A stretch of DNA of 64,000 nucleotides from an uncultured virus (IMG/VR IMGVR_UViG_3300030372_003518) (taxonomy: Duplodnaviria; Heunggongvirae; Uroviricota; Caudoviricetes): the IMG/VR virus record IMGVR_UViG_3300030372_003518. One strand, given 5' to 3'. The position numbers were made by a program, and so were the translations under genes. Below, one piece after another: positions 24,556-35,759 of this stretch; positions within the stretch are counted from its first letter, which is position 1; each line of letters opens with the position of its first letter. Below the pieces are notes generated by a model. The model was not told where the DNA came from. It did not search any database and saw nothing but the letters and a program-made list of their open reading frames with translations.

Positions 24556-24750
24556 CTATCTACGCTTGGCTCTTCTAGCAGCTCTGCGAGCACGCCTTTG
24601 TGCTCTTTTAGCTAAACGAGTTTTAGAAGTGGACTTAGAATGAATACGAGAAGGTAATCTCCCTGAAGGAGTTTCATCTTCCCACTGCTTAGCCATCTCA
24701 GGCTTATTAGCGTACATCCATCTTCTTTGTGCTTGACTTTTAAAAGGCAT
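24556..24750 (-). CDS. small basic protein
   Basis: MPFKSQAQRRWMYANKPEMAKQWE with an Arg-rich tail. Confidence 0.75.
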   Translation of the reverse strand: MPFKSQAQRRWMYANKPEMAKQWEDETPSGRLPSRIHSKSTSKTRLAKRAQRRARRAARRAKRR

Positions 24751-27700
24751 TAATCAAATATATTTAATTCATCTTTTACCTCTCTAATAATATCTCGAAT
24801 TTCTTTTTTCATCATGTCAGTTTCTTCATATATATCTTCCCCTAAAAGTGATTCCCTTTGTCTTTTAGACATAGGTGAGCTAGTTTCTCCTGCGCCTCTA
24901 GCTTCTGATGCTATTTTTTGTAATCTTGATAGCCCATACTGAACAGGTTGAGCAGATAAATCTGAAGGTAAAACACCTAAACCATTTAAATAAGCAAGTT
25001 TTAATAAAATAGACACCGCTTCTTTTTCAGCATCATTTAATTCGTAGTCATCAATTTTCCCTGTGTTATGTATTTTTTGTAAAGTTGCAGCGGCCTCTGC
25101 TTGGTCAAATGTGATACTAAAAACACCAAATTGTTCAAAAAAGTCTTGATTGTTGCCTTCAAAAAACTGAAAAGGGTCTTGACCATCTTCTCCCTTATCA
25201 ACTTGCTCTATTAAGTAATTAGCCACTTGCAAAATACCTGGGTCTGTAATAGGAAGAGGGCTGAAAAAATCAGTCACCACATTACCTGCCCTTCCTTTAA
25301 TTCTGTTGTTTAATTTTTCTTTAGCTTCTTCGTCGTCGTCAATACCTAATAATGATAAAATAGCAGCGTAAGAAGCGGTTGCAATCATAACCCCTAAAGA
25401 ACCAAAAACCATTTTTTCTAAAACTGTACCGGTTAATGATGTCATTGCTTTACCTTTTTCTTCAAAACTGGTGTTGGGGTCAGAAATAACTTGAACATCA
25501 ATATAGTTTCTTGTTTTTTCATTCATTATAAAAGATGAAAAAGGCATAAAAGATTTCATCATTAACCTAATGACTTGTCTATCAGGATTATAAAGTTCTG
25601 CCTGTAAATCTACATCAGAAACATATTGAAACCTGTCAACGTTTCTTTGAGCTTCATTGGCAGCTTCCTTATCTATAATGTGGTTTTCAATATCAAAACC
25701 TTCTTCAAATATATTAACACCCTTTTTGTTCATTTCTTTTGCATAGTAAGTAATCCATGAGATGTTAGCTGCAAGTTTATCACCCGGTAATAAAAACTTT
25801 TCCAACCAAAACTGATTAGCTTTTTTAATAAGTTTAAACACGCTGTTAACTCCCTTTTTAATTTTTTGCAATGGGGTGTTTGCTTTTTTCTTCACATCAT
25901 CTTGTATATTATCAATAACGGCAGTAGAGCCAATTCCTCTATTAGCAATAGCGTAGCCTGAATTTTTTACAAAATCACGAAATTTTTTATCTGTAAGATA
26001 CACCTGAAAACCTTGGCTAGTCAAGACACCTCCAGCATTTACAAACGTATTAACTAAAGGTACAGTTTGTTTTACATACTGCGTTATACCACCTAAAACT
26101 CTGGCAGTACCTATTGTAGCCCCAAAATCTCCAACATCCGCCAAAGCTTTTTGTCCCTTAGTTCTTTTTTTACGACCTCTTTTTGAATTTACATATTTTT
26201 TTATCTTATTAATAACTAAATCCCGTGACTCTCCTTCTCCTAAAATCTCTTTTATATCATTACTTTCTAAATACCCTTTTAATTTAGCAATATTTTCAGC
26301 TGAATAAGCATCAGCCAAAGCTCTTCTTATATTATTCAATTGGTTGTTATCAAAATTTAAATCAATATACCTATCTATTAAAACATCAGGCCCTGTTACA
26401 TCTTTAAATAACCCAGTTTCTTTGTCGTATATTTTTCTATCCTGACCAATTTCATCTGAGATAGGTGCATCTAAATCAGGGACAGCTTCTACAACTTTTG
26501 TTCTAAATATATCTGAAGTATAATTTTCTTCTGTTTTTAAATCTCTATTATATATTTCTAATCCTATCCTGTCTAGTAAAGGCTTTATTGTTCGCCATTG
26601 CTCGGTTATCCATTCTACTCCTTCTACATTAATAGGGTCTACCTTAGCTTGGACTTCATCTGGATTGTTTGAGTCTTTTAAAATTTTATCAAATACTCTA
26701 CGATATAAAGCTCCTAATTCTTTTTCGTCATCTTTGGTTGAGTTTTCAAAAGCTATTACATCATTTTCAATTAATTTTTTTCTTCTATTAAATTCCTCTT
26801 GTTTATCTTTTTGCGTACCAATAGGTGACCTTCTAACGAAAGCAAACATTCCACGTTCAGTTATATTATCCTCTGTGTTATATGCTTCATTATTTGGTTT
26901 TTTTGAATTAGGAAATTCTTTTTTATAGTTTTCTTTAATTCTACGAGATTCTGTTTCTGCTCTTGCAAAATCAGATTGAACATTACTAAGAGAACTATTG
27001 TCAGAAAATTGATTAGCTTTTTTTCTACTATTAAACACAAAGTCAATTGTTTGAGTCAAAGATGCTAACCCTTCTAACCAAAGAGCTTCAACAGAGTCTT
27101 TTATAGGGATTCGTGATTCACTAATTTTCAATCCATCTTTTATATCGTTTTCTCTGCTAATGTTACCTTCATAATTATTTACAATCTTAGACATATTTGC
27201 AGTTGAACCATTAGTTGCAAAATTATTTAAAGCATCCAAGGCAAAAGCTGCCTCCTCATTTGTAAGCTTACTTGTGTCAATTTTTAAAAATCTTTCTACT
27301 AAATCTTTTTGTTGTTTATCTATGTTAATTACCTCATTAGAAAATGGGTCTACACCGGTGTCTAATATACTTTGTATTACTCCTCCAATACTATCAAATC
27401 CTTTTGCTAAAGAGCTTCTTATTTCTTTTTCTTTTTTATTTGCTTGGTTAATTTTTTCTTCTGGTGTTAACTCTGCTTCGGGATATAATAATGATTTTAA
27501 TTCTTTTAAAGGTATTGTCGTTTTAAGGTCACCCATTAAAGCCTTGTATGTTTCTTCCTCTAATTTTTGTTCTTGTTGTTTAATTTTATCTATTTCTTTT
27601 GTGCTATAATTATCAACTTCGGATACTATAAAAGGAGCTGCCGGTTTTATTTTACCTAACCTTTTCGTCGTAGGCTTCAAACCCTCTTTTACTTTTCTAG

Positions 27701-29927
27701 CGAACTCCATATACTCTTTTAAATTATCCACCTGGTTAGGATTTATTTTTAAAAACTGTTCAGCAGCAGTAAGTAATTGTGCGTTTATTTTTTTTCTTGC
27801 AGTTGAAGACTTAATGGTTTTAGCTATGGATTTTTGTATTGTATTAGCGTCTTTCACCTCTCGTTTAACAGCAGCATCATCAAAAGTTTTGTCTATTTTT
27901 TTTATAAAATTATCTACTTTTTTTACATTATTGTAATTTAATTTTGAAGCTTCTTTAATTAATGTACGAGCTCTCAAAGCAAAAACCTCTCCTTTTGGCT
28001 GTAACTTACCAATTAAATCTAACACCGCTTTCTTTCTTTCACCTGGCAAAGTTTTTTCGTCTTGTATTTTTTTTCTAATTACTTCATCTTTTCTTAAAAC
28101 TTTTTGTAAAGGCAATTCATTAGGGGGTACAATATCAATGTCTTCATCCAATACAACCTCAGTTTCTGTTTGCGTATCAGGCAAAGGAATTGTTGTTGTA
28201 ACTGGCGCACTCTTTTGAATTATTTCATCAAGCTTTGATAATACCTGTTGTTCTGTAGGAGACTCTACGCCCTCTTCAAATAAAGCTTTTTCAGCCTCTT
28301 CTCTGGTGGCTGTTTGTTCTGTGACCACCCCTATCTTACCTTCGCTAATATTTTCTAATTCTTTATTTATTTCACTTATCCTGTCTTTTTGTTTCTTTAC
28401 AAGCGCAGGGTTTTTGTCTTTTATAAAATTTTCTAAAGTAATTAATTCCTGCAACAAAGAAGCGGCTTTGGTCTTATCTGCATCACTCAGTTCTAAACCG
28501 TCTAGCTGACTGCTTACATTCTGTGCGGTGTAATAATTATCCATTATTTCCTGCATTTCTAAATTGGTAATTTTACCCTTTTCTACCTCTCTTTTTAAAA
28601 CTTCCTGTAAAAACAACTCTGAGTTAGGAGCTTCTACTATGGGGAGGGTGGATAGGTCGACGGAAAAATCCCCCGTTTCAGGTTTAAAAGCTTTTACTAT
28701 ATCATCATGAGGGGATTCGTTTATTTTATTAGCAAGGTTTCTAGCCTGCGCTGATTGGACAACCAATCTCACCCCTGGCCCTGCTGTTCTTAAAGGGCCA
28801 CCAGCAGCACCTCCTATTAAATAAGTATCAGCTGTTTCAAGAAAGAAATTTTCAAACGCCTTCTCGTCCCCTGTTAAAACTAAATCTAACGCTCTTTCAG
28901 ACACATCAGTTAATACTTCGCTTGTTCCCTCTACATTCCACCCTTTTAAAAAGTTATAAAAAATTGACTTAAAGCTTTCTTTTACTTTATCCTTTCCTCC
29001 TTCTTTATATAATTGTTTTAATACTTTAAAAGAAGAATTACCAAGCACCCTTGTAAATTTTTCAAAATATCCTTCAGCAACCCCTGTCCCTACGGCATTC
29101 AAATATCTTGAAACAGTCATTTCTTCTCCTTCTACTTGCAACTGTCGGCTTTTGTTCGCAGCAGCCGAAGCTCCTAACATATAGAGACCCCCTGGTGTCA
29201 TGGCTAAAGCTATAGATGGAATAGCTGCTGCTACCTCATTTAATAATCTTTTAACCCCACGCCCTGTATTCTCTACAGAAACTAAATCTTGACCTATAGA
29301 TGTTTCAAATTGAGCTAACGATTCATTTATTATATCAGCTTCTTCTTGTAATTTATCACTCCATTCAATTCGACTAGATGCAGGGTATTCTTCACGTACA
29401 ATATTTCCCTCTGAATCCATTAACCTTATAGGTTCAGGTATATCTCTCGAGCCCATTCCTGGGGTAGAAGACAATATCCTCTCTCTATCTTTTGGTGAAA
29501 GTGCGTTCCACTTTTTTCTAAACTCTGGGTTAAGAGATTGGCGAATAGAAACATCTAGCTCGCTAAGCCCTACTCCTACTCTTTGAAGGCCGCTTATAGT
29601 AGACTTAAGAGATGATTTAAATTTTTTCCAGCCCTCTCCTTTAGGTACTTCTGTAGCAAAATTATTTTGAGATGAGTCGAAAAATCCCAATGTGCCACTT
29701 TCCGATGGAGAATCTGTATCTTGGTTGAAATTGTCTTTTTTTTTTAAGCCATAAAGCTCTTCAAATGCTTCGAAAGAATTTCCTGGGTATCTAGGCTGAA
29801 TGACTTCGTCATAAAACATTTTTCTTTTGGTTGGGTCAGAAAGATAATTTTTAAAATCATCTATTGACTCTAAGCCAAACTCATCTTTGAACGTGTCAAA
29901 TAATATTTGTACTTTTTCTTCATCCAT
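24750..29927 (-). CDS. large internal virion (ejected/cargo) protein
   Basis: 1725 aa, helical; last large gene of a podovirus-type structural operon; function inferred from position. Confidence 0.6.
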   Translation of the reverse strand: MDEEKVQILFDTFKDEFGLESIDDFKNYLSDPTKRKMFYDEVIQPRYPGNSFEAFEELYGLKKKDNFNQDTDSPSESGTLGFFDSSQNNFATEVPKGEGWKKFKSSLKSTISGLQRVGVGLSELDVSIRQSLNPEFRKKWNALSPKDRERILSSTPGMGSRDIPEPIRLMDSEGNIVREEYPASSRIEWSDKLQEEADIINESLAQFETSIGQDLVSVENTGRGVKRLLNEVAAAIPSIALAMTPGGLYMLGASAAANKSRQLQVEGEEMTVSRYLNAVGTGVAEGYFEKFTRVLGNSSFKVLKQLYKEGGKDKVKESFKSIFYNFLKGWNVEGTSEVLTDVSERALDLVLTGDEKAFENFFLETADTYLIGGAAGGPLRTAGPGVRLVVQSAQARNLANKINESPHDDIVKAFKPETGDFSVDLSTLPIVEAPNSELFLQEVLKREVEKGKITNLEMQEIMDNYYTAQNVSSQLDGLELSDADKTKAASLLQELITLENFIKDKNPALVKKQKDRISEINKELENISEGKIGVVTEQTATREEAEKALFEEGVESPTEQQVLSKLDEIIQKSAPVTTTIPLPDTQTETEVVLDEDIDIVPPNELPLQKVLRKDEVIRKKIQDEKTLPGERKKAVLDLIGKLQPKGEVFALRARTLIKEASKLNYNNVKKVDNFIKKIDKTFDDAAVKREVKDANTIQKSIAKTIKSSTARKKINAQLLTAAEQFLKINPNQVDNLKEYMEFARKVKEGLKPTTKRLGKIKPAAPFIVSEVDNYSTKEIDKIKQQEQKLEEETYKALMGDLKTTIPLKELKSLLYPEAELTPEEKINQANKKEKEIRSSLAKGFDSIGGVIQSILDTGVDPFSNEVINIDKQQKDLVERFLKIDTSKLTNEEAAFALDALNNFATNGSTANMSKIVNNYEGNISRENDIKDGLKISESRIPIKDSVEALWLEGLASLTQTIDFVFNSRKKANQFSDNSSLSNVQSDFARAETESRRIKENYKKEFPNSKKPNNEAYNTEDNITERGMFAFVRRSPIGTQKDKQEEFNRRKKLIENDVIAFENSTKDDEKELGALYRRVFDKILKDSNNPDEVQAKVDPINVEGVEWITEQWRTIKPLLDRIGLEIYNRDLKTEENYTSDIFRTKVVEAVPDLDAPISDEIGQDRKIYDKETGLFKDVTGPDVLIDRYIDLNFDNNQLNNIRRALADAYSAENIAKLKGYLESNDIKEILGEGESRDLVINKIKKYVNSKRGRKKRTKGQKALADVGDFGATIGTARVLGGITQYVKQTVPLVNTFVNAGGVLTSQGFQVYLTDKKFRDFVKNSGYAIANRGIGSTAVIDNIQDDVKKKANTPLQKIKKGVNSVFKLIKKANQFWLEKFLLPGDKLAANISWITYYAKEMNKKGVNIFEEGFDIENHIIDKEAANEAQRNVDRFQYVSDVDLQAELYNPDRQVIRLMMKSFMPFSSFIMNEKTRNYIDVQVISDPNTSFEEKGKAMTSLTGTVLEKMVFGSLGVMIATASYAAILSLLGIDDDEEAKEKLNNRIKGRAGNVVTDFFSPLPITDPGILQVANYLIEQVDKGEDGQDPFQFFEGNNQDFFEQFGVFSITFDQAEAAATLQKIHNTGKIDDYELNDAEKEAVSILLKLAYLNGLGVLPSDLSAQPVQYGLSRLQKIASEARGAGETSSPMSKRQRESLLGEDIYEETDMMKKEIRDIIREVKDELNIFD

Positions 29928-31372
29928 TAGTCTGCTCCTGGTAATGTTTTAGTATCATCTAGTGCTCCTGCTATTATTGCATCGTCGATTATTTGGTCAA
30001 ACCCTCTCTGTCTAATTAACAGCTCTCCTAAAAGCACTTGTAATTCAGCACCGTCATCACTTAAATTAAAGTTTACTGTAGTTGGCTTATCAGCATTTGG
30101 TTTATAATATTTAATAGTGGCCTTACCACTTCCATCTCTTGTAAGTGTTATGTCTCTGTAATCAAAGTTTTGAAACGCACTAACTATAGTACTTTCTATA
30201 TTTTCTGGTGTTAAACCTGCTGTAGGGAAGAAGCTACGTGCATAATTTCTTATGGCTGGCAGGGTACGAGATTTTCCAGCTCTATTTGCTTCTGCATTAG
30301 TTGCATCAATAGAAGCCTCTCTCCATTCTATATCTAAATCTATAAGCGTTTGAGCCTCATACGGTTGCGCTTGTTTGCTAAATTCTGACCTACTTTCTAC
30401 TGTATCTACAATATAATCTTCTGCCTCTTTTCTTTGTGCATCACTAACTAGAGGATTGTCATTATTATCTACATATAAAATACTTGTATCTTTTTGTAGC
30501 TCAGCCAAATAAGCGTCCCTTTCTTCTTGCGTTTGCAAGCTATAATATTGTGTAGGCAATTCTTGAATCTCATACCCTGTTACCTCTTTTTTAAGTATAT
30601 CAAACACATGAGTGTTTTGTTGCACTGCTGCCGCAGCTTGTTTTCTCACATATTCTTCATTAAACTCTACGACTTTCTTGCCATCTTTTTCAACTTGTAT
30701 TAACAGTTTACCTGATACTTCACCGCCTAAGTCATCTCTAAATGTATTTGGTTTTACATTTAACATATTAGTAATAAGACCCTCTGTATCAAAAGCTGTT
30801 TGTTCATTCACGCTTCTTCTTAAAAAGAGAGCCATATCTATTACCTCTTTCTCTCCATCCTCATCTAATACAAAGAACGTTGTTTCTCCGGTTTCTGGGT
30901 CAATCATTGAAGACACACCATCCAAGCTAAATAATCTTTGGTTTTTTTGGTTACCATAATTGGCTAACGCAGACCCATCTCCCGCTGCAAGCTCTGCCGC
31001 TGTATCATAGCCGGCAACATAAGCTTTGCCACCTGCTATCATAGCCGTAGCTCCACTATTAACCGTACCACGAAACGTAGTCCACTCTTGCTCGGTTATC
31101 TCCCCTCTTTTAAGTTGATTCAGTTTGTCTAGCATGGCTTTAGAAACCATTGTAGAATACTGCCCCATTAACTGCTGATACTTAGTACCACCACCCATAG
31201 GTCTTTCCATTAACATCTTAGTGAACTCCTTCTGGTCTTCTTCTATCTTGTCCCTTCTACCCTGCCTATCTTTTTCTATACTTTTGATAGACTCTCTGGC
31301 GTCTTTTGTAATTTGCCCCCAGTCAACTTGAGTAGGCTCGGTGTCTCTTATGTATCCAAATCCAACTGCCAT
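29927..31372 (-). CDS. putative internal virion protein
   Basis: 481 aa; position in the operon. Confidence 0.55.
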   Translation of the reverse strand: MAVGFGYIRDTEPTQVDWGQITKDARESIKSIEKDRQGRRDKIEEDQKEFTKMLMERPMGGGTKYQQLMGQYSTMVSKAMLDKLNQLKRGEITEQEWTTFRGTVNSGATAMIAGGKAYVAGYDTAAELAAGDGSALANYGNQKNQRLFSLDGVSSMIDPETGETTFFVLDEDGEKEVIDMALFLRRSVNEQTAFDTEGLITNMLNVKPNTFRDDLGGEVSGKLLIQVEKDGKKVVEFNEEYVRKQAAAAVQQNTHVFDILKKEVTGYEIQELPTQYYSLQTQEERDAYLAELQKDTSILYVDNNDNPLVSDAQRKEAEDYIVDTVESRSEFSKQAQPYEAQTLIDLDIEWREASIDATNAEANRAGKSRTLPAIRNYARSFFPTAGLTPENIESTIVSAFQNFDYRDITLTRDGSGKATIKYYKPNADKPTTVNFNLSDDGAELQVLLGELLIRQRGFDQIIDDAIIAGALDDTKTLPGAD

Positions 31373-31378
31373 ATTTAA

Positions 31379-32059
31379 TTATTCAGGAAATAAAGTTGAC
31401 CAATCAATCCCTTTTTTATCTAAAAAGTCTCTACCGGCTTGAACATTACCCTTCCTCTCAGCTATTCTCTTTGCTCTTTTGCCTAATCTAGCTTCTCTGT
31501 ACTCTGGTGTACCGCTATATAAATCTTCCGCTTCCAATACTCCTAACCCCATATCAACTAATCCTCCTACGCCAGCCATTAAAGCTTCTTGTCTCGCTCT
31601 TCTTGCGTCTGCGGCTATCATTTGCTGTCCTTGAACCTCCCCTAAATCAAGCCCCACTCGTTGCCCTTGTAAAGCTACATCTTGTTGAGCAGCTAACTCA
31701 TCTAATCTTTGCATCTCGCTAGCCATATCTGCACGCTGCTGTCTCTGCGCCTGCTGTTGAGCTTGCATTACTCTACCCGCAGTCGCTGCTGCACCCCTTT
31801 GGTCTCCCTCCACGCCCGCTTGTAAAGCAGCTGTCCCTTGAGCAAGTAAGGCTTCTCTTTCTAACTCATAAGGTTCTTTAGCGATAGACAAACCTCTTAA
31901 ATAGTTTGTGTCTAATCTTTTTCTAGCTTCAGCTAATGCTTTTGCTGCATCTCGTTGAGCATCCCTTTCTAAGTCAGCTTGCTTTCCTGCTTGTATAAAA
32001 CTAAATGCAGAGCCGGCTGCGGATAGTCCCAATGATGCAATTGTTGTAAGTCCTGCCAT
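31379..32059 (-). CDS. putative ejection/pilot protein
   Basis: Gly/Ala hydrophobic N-terminus and Q/A-rich coiled coil. Confidence 0.6.
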   Translation of the reverse strand: MAGLTTIASLGLSAAGSAFSFIQAGKQADLERDAQRDAAKALAEARKRLDTNYLRGLSIAKEPYELEREALLAQGTAALQAGVEGDQRGAAATAGRVMQAQQQAQRQQRADMASEMQRLDELAAQQDVALQGQRVGLDLGEVQGQQMIAADARRARQEALMAGVGGLVDMGLGVLEAEDLYSGTPEYREARLGKRAKRIAERKGNVQAGRDFLDKKGIDWSTLFPE

Positions 32060-32060
32060 A

Positions 32061-32471
32061 TTATATTTTTTTTATCATTTCGTGTGTGTAAGAATCTCCC
32101 TTTATGTATCCTAATTCTTCGTATGTTTTACTTAAACCTTCATGCCTTAATAGTGCATATATATATTTACTTCCATTGTCCTGACAGATGTTTGTTAAAA
32201 CAGCTATCAAAAACTTTACCGCCTCGTGTTTTAGTTGGGTATCCTCTATTTTTTTGTCGGAAATAATCCAGTCTACCCACGAAACTTTTGAGTTGGTCAT
32301 ATACATAAATCCAGCACAAATAGGCTTTTCTTCATGTAAAATCATCAATCCTCCTCTTCCTTCATCTGGTAAAAAATCTATGGGAGGCGGTTGCCATCCC
32401 CACTCTTTCCACCATCTAACTAATACATTTTCATAATCTGAAGGAGTTAATTCTTTTATATTAAATTCCAT
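32061..32471 (-). CDS. GNAT-like acetyltransferase
   Basis: PICAGFMY...WVDWII...YEELGY; usual position before podovirus ejection genes. Confidence 0.55.
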   Translation of the reverse strand: MEFNIKELTPSDYENVLVRWWKEWGWQPPPIDFLPDEGRGGLMILHEEKPICAGFMYMTNSKVSWVDWIISDKKIEDTQLKHEAVKFLIAVLTNICQDNGSKYIYALLRHEGLSKTYEELGYIKGDSYTHEMIKKI

Positions 32472-32491
32472 TCTATGCAAAGATACTAATT

Positions 32492-34297
32492 TTACGGATA
32501 GCTTTTCATTACATCGCTTTCAACTGCAAATAATTCAGTGGCTTGTGTGTTAAAGTTAGTTATAGTAAATACACAATAATGTCCAAGTAAACCATGAGAT
32601 TCTGCTTCAGAACTTTTTATAAACAAAATATACGGGTCATTCAAAGGAAATGTTACAGTGTTAGCAGAAGTGGTACTAACTATAATTTCATTAATTCCGT
32701 TTTTTAAATCAACGTTGATTTGCGTAACCACACCCCCATAAGATATAGTGGTATATGAAGGTAAAGAATGATAAACATAATCACCCACACTTAAAAACTT
32801 GCCAATAGACACTAGGGGGTTGGTGGAAAAACTAAGCGTAGCTGTCCCTGCATTCAAAGCAACGTTTGAGGTCTTACCTATACCGTTTGCTGACCTCATA
32901 GCGTATTGCCCTTCAAGTGCCGGCACTTCACCTTTTTGTCTTAAATATGCAAACCACGCACCTTCTTTCTTTTTAAACCACCCATCTTCCATAAAACCAT
33001 TTATTTGTATATCCGTTTCTAAATATGCTTCCCAAGCATTATTAGACTCTAAATTTAAAGTTTTAAATATTTTATTTTCTAGTGGGTTTTGGTTAAACAC
33101 GCTAGTTACTTGAGAATGATATTGCTCTCCGTAATAATTATTCCTAAGTTCGTTAACATTGTGTTGATATAAATTTCCTCCTTTAAAAGAATAAAAAAAG
33201 TTATTCATTCCTATCATGTATTCTGGTATGTAAGAATAAAATGAAGGCCATCCTTGTGAGTTCTGGCTATAGCTCACTGTCCATTCTGTGTCTACTGGGG
33301 ATGGGATAGGCGGAACTACACTTGGAGGATTAGGAGTTGGTGTAGGAGGCGTTGGAGTTGGTGGAGTAGACGAAGCACAATCTGTGGAAAACCTAAGATT
33401 GTTTTCACCTAAAAAGTATTGTCCATTAGTTGATTCAGGATATAATGTTTGATAACTTATAGTTCCGAAGTCTTCATTAACATTTAGCGTTATTGTTCCA
33501 GAATAAAAATCATAAGTGTTCCCATCTAATGCAGTTACATTGGCTCTTTCTAATTTTGAACCAGTGTAAGCTATTAGGTTTTCTTTTCCATTATTCAAAA
33601 ACGCAATAGGCCACTCAGCTGGTACGTTATTTATTACATATACCCCTGTGTTTACATTATATATACCCCATGTACCATTTATTACATAATATGAAAGTGT
33701 TGTATCTGGAAATGGAAATATGTCAGGCCATTCTATTGTACTGCTAAAAACTGTAAGATTGTTTGTAAAACTCAAACAAAACTCAGGTGTTCCAGGAGTT
33801 ATTGGTGGAGCAGGTGTTGGAGAAGGGACAGGCGTTGGATTTAAAGCCGCATCACACGCAGCACAATCAGCATAGGTTGGTATGCTTGCAATATCCAAAT
33901 AAGAAACATTAGGTGTGCTTACACCATTAGTCCAACAAATAGATTGATAAGCTAGTGTGGCTGGCCATGCAGTAAACCCAGCAGGTGCTCTAAATATTTG
34001 TTTTTGACTTGCATTTGTACAATTTTCGTATTCATAATATATATATCCTGCTAAAGGTGTAGGGTCTGCATTACCACAATTGGTTGTACATGTTTTGTCT
34101 TTATCAAACCATTCTCCCCCTAATGAATTAGGTATAATCTGAGCAGTTTCATCTAAACAATACGTAGCAAAAGTGTTAGCTGGTACATCTATTTGTATTT
34201 CTGTGCCATCACAACACGTAACAAGCCATGAACATATAGATGTATCACTTCCTACGGAGTCTATGGGACACGAAAAACGTATTGACTTACATGCCAT
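32492..34297 (-). CDS. virion protein: Cys/Pro-Thr-rich N-terminal part plus C-terminal part of tail muzzle
   Basis: PTP repeats; WTVSYS...GWPSFYSYIPE...NNFFYSFKGGNLYQH...KIFKTLNLES. Confidence 0.6.
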   Translation of the reverse strand: MACKSIRFSCPIDSVGSDTSICSWLVTCCDGTEIQIDVPANTFATYCLDETAQIIPNSLGGEWFDKDKTCTTNCGNADPTPLAGYIYYEYENCTNASQKQIFRAPAGFTAWPATLAYQSICWTNGVSTPNVSYLDIASIPTYADCAACDAALNPTPVPSPTPAPPITPGTPEFCLSFTNNLTVFSSTIEWPDIFPFPDTTLSYYVINGTWGIYNVNTGVYVINNVPAEWPIAFLNNGKENLIAYTGSKLERANVTALDGNTYDFYSGTITLNVNEDFGTISYQTLYPESTNGQYFLGENNLRFSTDCASSTPPTPTPPTPTPNPPSVVPPIPSPVDTEWTVSYSQNSQGWPSFYSYIPEYMIGMNNFFYSFKGGNLYQHNVNELRNNYYGEQYHSQVTSVFNQNPLENKIFKTLNLESNNAWEAYLETDIQINGFMEDGWFKKKEGAWFAYLRQKGEVPALEGQYAMRSANGIGKTSNVALNAGTATLSFSTNPLVSIGKFLSVGDYVYHSLPSYTTISYGGVVTQINVDLKNGINEIIVSTTSANTVTFPLNDPYILFIKSSEAESHGLLGHYCVFTITNFNTQATELFAVESDVMKSYP

Positions 34298-34342
34298 AAA
34301 GAGTTTATTTGTTTACAAATTTACGAATTTATAAATTAAAGT

Positions 34343-35758
34343 TTACAATCCTCCTCCCCAATTCCCAGTGCCGTAATGGTATGTTTGTATAAAATCAAAA
34401 TTAAATTTTCCTACAGGATTAAATTGAGCGTAAGGTAAGACTTTGTGAGGGATATTGTATTTTTTTATAAACTCAGAAAGAGCTATAGGACCTACCATTT
34501 GTCTTACAAAAGTACCCAGAGGCCTTCCTTCTATTTCTTTTCTATTGAGTATTTCTGGTAAATTAGCGGCAATGTTTGCTTTTAAGGTTTCTAAAAACAT
34601 GTTCCACAAATCTGAAGGAGGAGAAATAATAAAACCATTTTGATAATCTTCATCACCTGCTGATGATTCTAATAAATAAATAGAGTGACTGTCTAATTGT
34701 TTGGTAAAATCATTATACACTTCAAAATCCATATCACATATTACTCCCCCAATATCTCTGGCTATTAAATATCTTACAAAATCTATTTTATAAATAACTG
34801 GACATTGATTTAAAATTTCATAAAACTCTTTATCATAACGTTGTAAGTATGTGTTAATTCCCTCCCTATCACACCACTTGTTTCTTTTGTATCCTTTTAT
34901 TGTATCCCAACTATAATCACATCTAAACCATTCTTTGCTCCATCTGTTTTTGTCTTGTGGGGCTACTTGATGTATTATGTTAGGACGATAGTTAGTTTCA
35001 TATATCTTATTAAAATCTTGAATTGTTCTTACATCATCTTTTAAGCCAACAAGTCTAGGATTACCTTGATTAGGATGGTATAATTGACGCTGGTTTTTTT
35101 TATCATACAAATGATATATTCCAGGATAAGGTATATTTGTTATATCATACCCTGCTAAAAAAGTATTAAAGGTAGCGTAGGTTTCTTCAAAATACATATC
35201 TCCTTTTTGTTGATATATATCTAAATCAAGAACTCCAATGTCGCTAAAGAAATAACCAGCAGCTATAGTGCTTGGGCCAAGATACTTTTTTTCTTCAACT
35301 CCTTGAGCTCCAGGCCAAAACCTACCTTTGTCATCAACTTTATCTACTATATTAATATAACAAGCATCCCAACTTTTATCATCAGGTAAATAATACATAG
35401 AAGGAAACCCACTAAATATTACTTTGCCTTTATAATCATTATGATGATTTATTAATTTTGTGTCAAATCCTTTATCAAACCTCATGTGGGCATCTATCTG
35501 TAAATAATATTTATGATGTGGCTTGACGTAATTCCTTATTTGTTCACGAGCCCATACTACTCCCTTAGTAGTTGTATAATTACTATAAACCTCAGTAACA
35601 TTGATGTGATTTATATTTTCAGGATATTCGCTTTGATTAAAAACAACTATATGTAAATTATTTTTATCAGCAGCATTTTCAAGCAAACTATTAATTGTTT
35701 TTATTAACTCATCATCACAGTATGATGCTATAGAAATTAATAGTTCAGGTTTTTTCAC
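34343..35758 (-). CDS. bifunctional glycosyltransferase: Gnt1/GT60-like plus GT32 (DxD)
   Basis: ISIASYCD...GVVWAR...YLQIDAHMRF; PNIIHQ...KIDFVRY...GGVICDMDFE. Confidence 0.8.
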   Translation of the reverse strand: MKKPELLISIASYCDDELIKTINSLLENAADKNNLHIVVFNQSEYPENINHINVTEVYSNYTTTKGVVWAREQIRNYVKPHHKYYLQIDAHMRFDKGFDTKLINHHNDYKGKVIFSGFPSMYYLPDDKSWDACYINIVDKVDDKGRFWPGAQGVEEKKYLGPSTIAAGYFFSDIGVLDLDIYQQKGDMYFEETYATFNTFLAGYDITNIPYPGIYHLYDKKNQRQLYHPNQGNPRLVGLKDDVRTIQDFNKIYETNYRPNIIHQVAPQDKNRWSKEWFRCDYSWDTIKGYKRNKWCDREGINTYLQRYDKEFYEILNQCPVIYKIDFVRYLIARDIGGVICDMDFEVYNDFTKQLDSHSIYLLESSAGDEDYQNGFIISPPSDLWNMFLETLKANIAANLPEILNRKEIEGRPLGTFVRQMVGPIALSEFIKKYNIPHKVLPYAQFNPVGKFNFDFIQTYHYGTGNWGGGL

Positions 35759-35759
35759 T

